A DNA stretch of 62,712 nucleotides, filler included, from Stramenopiles sp. TOSAG23-2 (Eukaryota): NCBI GenBank assembly GCA_900128395.1. It is 3 parts of 3 records of this genome, joined end to end, with 100 filler letters (N's around TTAATTAATTAA, not from the genome) between each part and the next. Parts side by side here need not be neighbours in the genome. Positions count along the whole stretch, not along the records: positions 30,569 to 60,996 come from LT649382.1; positions 61,097 to 62,712 come from LT652597.1; 1 more part is not named here. One strand, written 5' to 3'. Positions within the stretch are counted from its first letter, which is position 1. Every line of letters starts with the position of its first letter. Shown here piece by piece: positions 55,086 through 62,712 of this stretch. A program made the translations under genes and the position numbers. The notes under the pieces are model-generated. The model made no database searches, had not been told where the DNA came from, and saw nothing but the letters and a program-made list of their open reading frames with translations.

Positions 55086-56897
55086 ATGGCTGGATTTGGA
55101 GGTAGTGTATTCCTCGCCGATTTGGATGCTGATTTTATTTCACCCTCCCAAGCATGTGTCAACCCTTTATTCAATGGTACTTCAAAGACGAAGGAAGTTG
55201 ATAAAAAGTCAAGTTCATCTGATAATTCCATGAATGTTGATAATGATGGCGTTGCGATTGATAGTAATAAAAAATCTGGTGCCGCTACATTATCAATTGA
55301 CTCTAGTATATTTTCTGGCATAGACACCGTTGTAAACAATAATAAAGATAAAGTCGCACGTGTGACACTAAATGATTGCTTGGCTTGTAGTGGCTGTGTT
55401 ACTTCCGCGGAAACTGTATTGGTCACTTCACACAGTATATCAAAGCTAAAGGCAATTTTGAAAAGTAATGAAGCGAACAGTAGTTCAGTTATTTTTGTAT
55501 TGTCAGTATCACCCCATGCAAGAGTATCAATTGCTGAACATTTTCATTTGGATGTAACAACTGCGCAACAACATTTGGAATCTATTTTTAAAGAAAAATT
55601 TGGTTTTCATTATGTTTTTGACACCGCAGGTGCAACTCAGATAGCAAGGGAAGAAGTTGCTGCGGAATTTTTACATCGATTGAATAAAACTAAAAATTCT
55701 CTAACCAAGAAAGGGAACTCTACTAATGCAACAACTTCAACAACGTCGCGTGGATCAAATAAAACACTGTGGAAACGCCCTCGCGATACAGTTGCAATTT
55801 CATCATCTGAAGCCATATATGTAGATACGACAGAAAAATATTTCCATAAGCATAGTGTTGCGCACCAACCTTTAGCATTGCCTTTATTGACATCCTCTTG
55901 CCCTGGTTGGATTTGCTACGCAGAAAAAAAATGCCCAGAAGTGATACCATATCTCAGCACTTGTAAATCACCACAGCAAATACTAGGAAGAATAGTGAAA
56001 GGATTCATGAGAGAAAAATTAATAAATAAAATAGGAACGAATGATGATGGTAATAATAATAAGCAATATATTAATGATGATGCAAAAACAATATATCATG
56101 TAACATTAATGCCTTGTTATGATAAAAAACTTGAGGCATCCCGAAAAGACTTTTTATATGGCGATAGAGATACCCCAGATGTTGATTTGGTTGTAACTCC
56201 AAAAGAGTTTATTGATATGTTGAAATCAGATGGAATTGCATTTAAAAGTGTAACTTTAATGGATGTAGATGAAAAGGATAACAAAACACATAATAATACA
56301 AACAACAATATAAATAATGATATAAAAGGCTTTCTTGGCTATGAACAAAGTCAAATACAAACTTCACAGTATGATAAAACTATTTCTGGTAGCTCAGGTG
56401 GTTATTTGGATTATGTTCTGCGTTCAACGGCATTAAAATTATATGACATGAATCTATTTGATACAAAATATAAGATAGAATTTAAAACTGGCAGAAATAA
56501 AGATTTCAAAGTAACAGAGATTGTCTACAATGACAAGGTTGTGTTGCGTTTTGCCATTGCATATGGTTTCAGAAACATACAAGCTATTGTGCGCCAACTG
56601 AAAAAAGGTACTTGTAAATATGATTTTATAGAAATGATGGCATGTCCAAGCGGTTGTTTAAATGGTGGAGCGCAAATTGTTGCTGAAAATAGAATTTTGA
56701 CAAAAGCATTACTAGGAAAAGTAAAGATCCTACATGATAAACATGTTGTTGTAGACTCAAGTGATACATCAGTGCCCAACTATCATAAAATCTTTAATAT
56801 GCAACCGTATACAAATACATCGTTGCAATGGTTTCACACTACTTATCATAGTGTTGCTGAATTAAAACTTGAGACAGCAATGGGTGGTGATTGGTAA
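55086..56897 (+). CDS. NAR1: Cytosolic Fe-S assembly factor NAR1/CIAO3 (NARFL)
   Basis: DFISPSQACV, LNDCLACSGCVTSAE, SSCPGWICYAEK, MPCYDKKLEASR, YGFRNIQ, EMMACPSGCLNGG, HTTYH and a terminal W. Confidence 0.96.
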   Translation: MAGFGGSVFLADLDADFISPSQACVNPLFNGTSKTKEVDKKSSSSDNSMNVDNDGVAIDSNKKSGAATLSIDSSIFSGIDTVVNNNKDKVARVTLNDCLACSGCVTSAETVLVTSHSISKLKAILKSNEANSSSVIFVLSVSPHARVSIAEHFHLDVTTAQQHLESIFKEKFGFHYVFDTAGATQIAREEVAAEFLHRLNKTKNSLTKKGNSTNATTSTTSRGSNKTLWKRPRDTVAISSSEAIYVDTTEKYFHKHSVAHQPLALPLLTSSCPGWICYAEKKCPEVIPYLSTCKSPQQILGRIVKGFMREKLINKIGTNDDGNNNKQYINDDAKTIYHVTLMPCYDKKLEASRKDFLYGDRDTPDVDLVVTPKEFIDMLKSDGIAFKSVTLMDVDEKDNKTHNNTNNNINNDIKGFLGYEQSQIQTSQYDKTISGSSGGYLDYVLRSTALKLYDMNLFDTKYKIEFKTGRNKDFKVTEIVYNDKVVLRFAIAYGFRNIQAIVRQLKKGTCKYDFIEMMACPSGCLNGGAQIVAENRILTKALLGKVKILHDKHVVVDSSDTSVPNYHKIFNMQPYTNTSLQWFHTTYHSVAELKLETAMGGDW

Positions 56898-57437
56898 ATT
56901 GTTCGTGTAATAATATACGAGTGTATCATAATTTAAAATAATTCTCTTATTTATCATATATAATGCATAATTTACCGCATAATTTAATTGACGGTGTACG
57001 AGTATGCTATTTGTTTTTTGTAATGCACTAAATATAGAGTACGCGCGTATTTTAATTTTTTACTTCTACCCACGCACACATTTTATATTTTCTCTTTTGA
57101 TTATATATATATATATATATATATTTATGGTATCATACACAACATTTCACACGCTATAAAGTACGCTCGTACGTGAATCATGTGATATCATGATAAATTT
57201 TATTTGATACTTCGTTTTGTACATGTATATCATATTTAGTATGATATATCATATATATATCATATCATAATATATACATTAATATATATATATTATATAT
57301 ATGTATTAAGTAATATATATATATATATCATATCATACCACCATATATATATGATATGCAGCATATATATTATATTTTTCAACTTCAATAAATAGGTAGC
57401 TAACATACACATATGGAATTACAAAGACAAATGAATC

Positions 57438-60400
57438 TTATTTAAAAGTTACACGCCTTGCTACAGAATGATAATGCATACTATTGCCTTCTGCCTCCCT
57501 TTGAATACGAAAATATGCTTCTGGCAAGCCACCTCCAAGTTCTTGTTGACTTGCTAAGTAATCCATAAATTCTTCATCGTGGGTAATTACAATTAGTTGA
57601 AAATTCTTTTGATTTTTACGTGATTCAAGTATTTGTTGCAACGCCTCCGCAAATCCGCGTTTATTAGCTTCATCCAAATTTGTAGTTGGTTCATCCAAAC
57701 AAAAAATGCCACATTCACCACAAAAAGTTTCCGCAAGTGCTAATCGCACGATTAACGACGCCAAAACTTTTTGTCCGGCACTACAATGACCACGCATATT
57801 AATTGCTTTTGTTCCAGTGGAACCACCTTTTGACATAACTACACGATAATTGTATTGTCTACCACGACCACCTTTCTTTTCTTTAGCATCGCTTTGAATT
57901 TCAATAGTATCAATATCACCACCTTTGTATGTTAATTTCCATAACTCTTTTATATAAGTGTTGATTTCAACAATTTTAGTGCTATGATATTGGTGCAACG
58001 CGGAATCCAATGCTTTGTAATATTTATCTAAATCCTTTACCGTCATTACTAGCGTTTCATACTCGATAATTTTTTCAGAATGTTTTTCTTCAATTTTGTG
58101 ATACACAGGATTTCTCAAGGCATTGGCGACATTTGTTTCTTGTTGCTTCAGTTCTTTTCTTCGCCCACTATCACTTGCTAACGTATTACTTAATTCCCGC
58201 TCTCTTTTTTGCAAGTCCTCGTATCTCTGTTTTACATGTGGTATATCTAAGTCGTTTAAACCCCTTTCCTGTACCTCAATTTGAACCTCCAAGCCCTTAA
58301 TTTCCTCTTCCAATTCTTTATAACGTATATTTTTCATCAAATTACGATACTTGGAATCATCTTTTTGTGAAGATAACGCTTCCATTTCCTTTTGTATCTG
58401 TTCCATATCATTTGTTATTTTTAAAATCGAATCTTTATTTTTTTGTTGAGAATTGTTTAATTCATCTTGTTGTAGCTGTAATTCTTTGCTGAAGTACTCA
58501 AGAATAGTTGTATGACTTTGCTCGTATGTTTTCAATAATTGGTCGCAAGTATTAAAATCATCTTCAAATTCTTTTCTCTCGCTGTCAAACTTCGCCTTTT
58601 CTGATATTTTCAGGCGTATGTTTTGATTCAACTGTTCCCGTGTTATTTTCATTTTGTCTTTCAAGTTATCAATATCACCATCCAAGCTTTTCTTTTCTTT
58701 GCTTAATCGTTCTATTTTTTCTTCAATTCCAGCAGATTCTTTTAAACTATTTTCAATTTGATTCTTTTTCTCTAATAATTTTTGATACTTATTATTTTCC
58801 ATACGTACTTCTTGCCTGATATTATCAAGCTTCTTTTGTGACTTTTCAATTGATTCTTCAACTTCTTCTTTTTCATTTTCTTTGTCGTTTTTTTCGTTAC
58901 GCACATTTTCTAATAACTGTTGGCTATTGTATTCCGAACCATTAACGCTTAAAGAGGAAAATTTACTCGATTCTTCTTCATATTCTTCTTTCTTCTTTTC
59001 ATATTTTTTCAATTGGTCCAAATATTTTTGTGCCGGCCCACTTAATTTCCTAGCATGTTCCAATTCTTTCAATGACTCATCACATTTTTTTTCTTCGTCA
59101 TTTAACTTTAGTTTTTTCTCCCCTAAACTTTCAACCAGCGTGCCTTGTAATGTATTTTTCTCTTTTACTTGGGTTTCTTTAGGCAAAACATCATTTGTCA
59201 AATTAAAATGAAATTGTTTGACACTTTTAGCTTTCGTTTTCAAATCGTTTATAACAGTTTGCAAAGAATCATCTTGGTTTACCTTGTTTAACATTTCTAA
59301 AAATGCATTTTCTTCTTCATGATCAAAATCACGTTTGCACAAAAAACATTGGTGTTTGTTTCTTGCTGTTATTTCTGCTTTTTCCATCATCGATATCATA
59401 GCATTTTTAACATGGTATACATCCTCTTTTGAAGCTAATTTTTGATTGATAGAATTCAAACATTTTTCTGAATTGTCTTTGTTCAAAGNNNNNNNNNNNN
59501 NNNNNNNNNNNNNNNNNNNNNNNNNNNNNNNNNNNNNNNNNNNNNNNNNNNNNNNNNNNNNNNNNNNNNNNNNNNNNNNNNNNNNNNNNNNNNNNNNNNN
59601 NNNNNNNNNNNNNNNNNNNNNNNATTATCCTCGCACATTTCTTTTATAATTGGCAAATAATCACGCACTAATTTACTACGTTTCGTTTCCAATATAGACA
59701 ATTCATTAGCACAATCAGCTTTTATATCTTGAATTTTTCTTTCATCAGCTTTAAAATCTGCCGTTAAATGCATAACTCGTCTTTGCGCTACTTTATACAA
59801 TTCTTCTTTTAATTGCAAATGATTTTCAATACGCTCACAAAGATGCTCCAAATCGCTTTCGTTATCGCTATCAAATAATGCTCTCAAATCCGCTTCAATA
59901 TCATTTTGGATGTTGGTTAAAATTGTCATTTCATTATTGACAATGTCTTTTTTTTGCTCAATACTTGCTAGTGCACTGGCATTTCTTTCATAATCTTCAC
60001 ATTTATTTCGCAGTTCCTTAATTTCAAAAGTCAAATCATTTTTTCTTTCATTCAATTCATCCAATCGTTTCTTTTCCACTCCTTCTTCATTATTATTTTC
60101 AAAATCATCCAACTTCTTTTTGCTTTTCAAAATGTTATTCTCATTTCGCTGTCGTTCTGATTCAAGCCTTGAACGATTACTGGAGTTTTGTTGTTCGCGC
60201 TCGTGTTTGATTTCATTTCCGATTGCAATTTTACGATTTTTACGATCATCAATTTGACGTTCATAACTTCGATTTTCCACTTCCAACGCTTGCTCGGCGT
60301 CACTAAGTTCCTTATTTGCTTTATCGTACTTTTTGGTACCATTTTCAAATATTTGTCGTTTGTCGGCATGAACCTTTTTCAATGCCCGTAACAACTTTTT

Positions 60401-60954
60401 AGATGCGTCCGATGTTATGCTATCTTTATCCATCGCATTGCCAGGCAAACTATAACGCCTTGAAACACTAATCATATTTTGAAAATGCACATTTAAATTT
60501 TTTTCCCCTTCTGATAACTCGTGATTTATTTTTCCTAATTGCGTGTTGATATGATCTTTTTCGTTGTCTAGTAATTCCTTCTTGCGACCTAGTTTCCCCT
60601 TTTCCAAATGCAATACTTCCATTTTTGAAGCAGTATCATCTGGATTGAAATCAACTTTTTGAAGTAAAATTTTTAACTGTGCTAAAGTTTCGCTGTTTGC
60701 TCCAATTACACATTTAATTTTTGCAGCGTTTCTTTAAAGGCTTGTCCCTCATGGCGTTTCCGTCCTAAATCTTGCAGTTCTGTGCCGATCTCACGTAGCT
60801 CTTTCTCTGCATTGATCTTTGTGTCGGTTAATCCAGCAATATCTCGTTTTACTTTCTCTAATTCTTTCCTACGCTCAAAGAAAATAGCTAAATTTGCGCG
60901 GATGACGTCTAAATCACGTTTTGAATTATCACCTTCTGCCTTTTTTTCTTTTTT
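57438..60954 (-). CDS. RAD50: RAD50 DNA repair ATPase, 5'-truncated; spans an N gap and one apparent frameshift
   Basis: Zinc hook CFLC, YNYRVVM, MRGHCSAGQKVLASLIVRLALAETF, LDEPTTNLD, FQLIVITHDE. Coiled coil continues across the gap at 59489-59623, with a frame slip near 60710. The N-terminal Walker A lies beyond the scaffold end. Confidence 0.95.
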
Positions 60955-60996
60955 AAATTATAAATATTTACACGGTATTAAAAATTGATATAAATA

Positions 60997-61096
60997 NNNN
61001 NNNNNNNNNNNNNNNNNNNNNNNNNNNNNNNNNNNNNNNNTTAATTAATTAANNNNNNNNNNNNNNNNNNNNNNNNNNNNNNNNNNNNNNNNNNNN
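60997..61096. other. Artificial scaffold-joining linker (44N + TTAATTAATTAA + 44N)
   Basis: Exactly 100 bp, 12-mer at 61041-61052. Confidence 0.97.
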
Positions 61097-61749
61097 TTTA
61101 AAACAACGTTGCGATCATCGTTTATCCTATTCATAGCAGTTAATGATATTTCACTATCCTCCGTTTCTTTCTCTGGTTGTTGCATCTTTTTCAAGTTTCT
61201 ACTTCCAGAAAGAATTTTCTTACTAGCATCCTTCTCAACTAAAATATCTCTCATATAACTATCACGAATATCACCTCTTTGTATAGTACCAGTGCTTCTG
61301 TATAAATTTGCTTTTATAAAATATAGATTATCAATTCTTCCTTCATATAATAATGCAACTGTTGGTGACAATATTAATGATAAAAACGATTGGTAGATAA
61401 TTCTACGTATGCTACAAATGCTAATCCGTTCCCCAAGTAAACCAATTTGTGGCATAACAGTATTGCAATTAGATTCTCTAAATGTATTATCATAAATATG
61501 CCATATTAATACGAATAAACATGCTATGATTTGTGCTTTGAACAACATTCTTGGAAACCAACGCCCATATGCAAGTAAATCTTGTAATATAAGCAATAAA
61601 GCAAACACTGCAAAAGTATATGAATTAGCAAAATAAGGATATGGCAAGACATTTCGATCTCGCATTTTCCATGCTATGCCATAATCAACATATAATAAAA
61701 TTATAAGAAGAATCGCTATGAATGTAATAATATCGATCTTTCCATACAA
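61097..61749 (-). CDS. Hypothetical multi-pass membrane protein, 3'-truncated, start uncertain
   Basis: Open frame of about 217 codons with about 4 hydrophobic helices; runs into the linker; no upstream in-frame ATG. Confidence 0.5.
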
Positions 61750-62712
61750 AACAATATCTCTCTCTCTCCCTCTAGCTAGCTAGATATTAATATATATCTA
61801 TAATGTATAAATCGTCATTTATCTCGTATGATGAATCTTTAAAATGTGTACATACAAATGGAACAAATAAACAATAAAAATATTATAATAATAAAAAAGA
61901 AGCCCAAAAAAATAAATAAGTTAAGAAGAAAATAAACTGTATTTTAAAAATAATTTGAAGAATTATTAATACCAGGTAGCATTAATCTAGGTCCTAGACT
62001 TTTCAAGGTAGCATTAGCTAGAGCTACTCTTCAATACCTAGGTATATACTGTAGCATTATCTACTACGTGCAAAATAAAAATATGATGTGTGTCCATGAG
62101 GGATGCCCACACAGATTAGCATACCAATAACATTAAGTATTTATTATAATTGTACACAAATCTCTGTGAATGGAGTGAAGACACTGCCTTTTAGTATGTA
62201 CAGTAGTTTAGTGAAGGAAGAGGTTTTAAAGTTTTAAATGATCCACACCTGATGCCCCACACTGTAATGGATTTTGTTAAAAAAAAAAATAAATAAAATT
62301 TCAGGAAATTTCATCATCTAACTGTACCAGGTGTGCAGGTGTACGACGTAGACTACTAGTAACAACAATCATCCACTTCATGTTTCATTCTACAGAATTA
62401 TTATTAGTCACAAATTGATAATTATCGGATATTACTATTTATTATAATTCGTCTTTATAGTCATTTTGGTTTTAAGGTTGAACCCTACAATCTAACTCTG
62501 AATTTTGGTTTTTAATGCTATGTCCATGCTAGAGAAATATATGTAAAAAAAAAAAAAATGATTTTTTTGTATTTTTATTTATTAATTTTGATGAAATATT
62601 GATAAATGAGATTGTAATAGTTGTTGTTTCTATATTTATTTTATAGATGTTCATCTTTGTTGTTTATAATAATTTTTTAGATAGTCGTCTCGTGTACTTA
62701 TTTTATTTTGTT

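Noticed and set aside
55086-56897. [FeFe]-hydrogenase implying anaerobic metabolism
   Set aside because: The motifs and C-terminal Trp match the ubiquitous NAR1/CIAO3 paralogue.
34312-59486. Fe-S/DNA-repair gene cluster (DPH3, NAR1, RAD50)
   Set aside because: These are housekeeping genes interspersed with unrelated ones; there is no sign of functional clustering.
359-60988. Many short antisense or overlapping ORFs in the track (poly-Leu, poly-Ile, poly-Ser, poly-Tyr)
   Set aside because: They are shadows of AAT/GAT/AGT trinucleotide tracts and codon bias in the real genes, with no independent motifs.
60700-60996. RAD50 pseudogenisation or programmed frameshift
   Set aside because: The slip and stops lie within about 300 bp of a scaffold end and the rest of the gene is intact, so low-coverage error is more likely.
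62080-62270. Possible second snoRNA (ATGATG..., hairpin, CTGA)
   Set aside because: Box spacing is unconvincing and I recognise no rRNA-complementary guide.
1-62712. tRNA/rRNA genes or an alternative genetic code
   Set aside because: I saw no cloverleaf or rRNA-like segment. Conserved genes translate with the standard code and end in TAA, TAG or TGA.

Overview
This is AT-rich, gene-dense, intron-poor eukaryotic (protist-like) nuclear DNA with poly-Asn tracts, not prokaryotic DNA. It is not one contiguous molecule: two identical 100-bp artificial linkers (44N-TTAATTAATTAA-44N at 30469-30568 and 60997-61096) join three separate scaffolds. I find about 25 protein genes, mostly alternating in strand. 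Recognisable ones are S-formylglutathione hydrolase, SFT2/Got1, CSB/ERCC6, a TLC-domain protein, a ribophorin-I-like protein, DPH3, an SLC49-type MFS transporter, a spliced JmjC-Tudor gene, NAR1/CIAO3 and a partial RAD50. Dysbindin-like and HPS3-like genes are tentative. Highlights: (1) an ARM-repeat protein that begins with a histone-H3-tail look-alike (MARTKPTACRS) and ends in a possible permuted papain-fold peptidase plus NLS; (2) a single-chain, four-pore-domain CNG/K+ channel with asymmetric filters and only one intact CNBD; (3) a dual-guide box C/D snoRNA against 18S rRNA, probably in a 5' intron of a tiny RPA14-like gene; (4) a palindromic TACCWGGTA motif recurring in intergenic DNA; (5) a 3652-codon IQ/Sfi1-like/ankyrin protein. 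Several duplications, frameshifts and one head-to-head junction look like assembly artefacts. All family assignments are by eye from remembered motifs; no searches were run.
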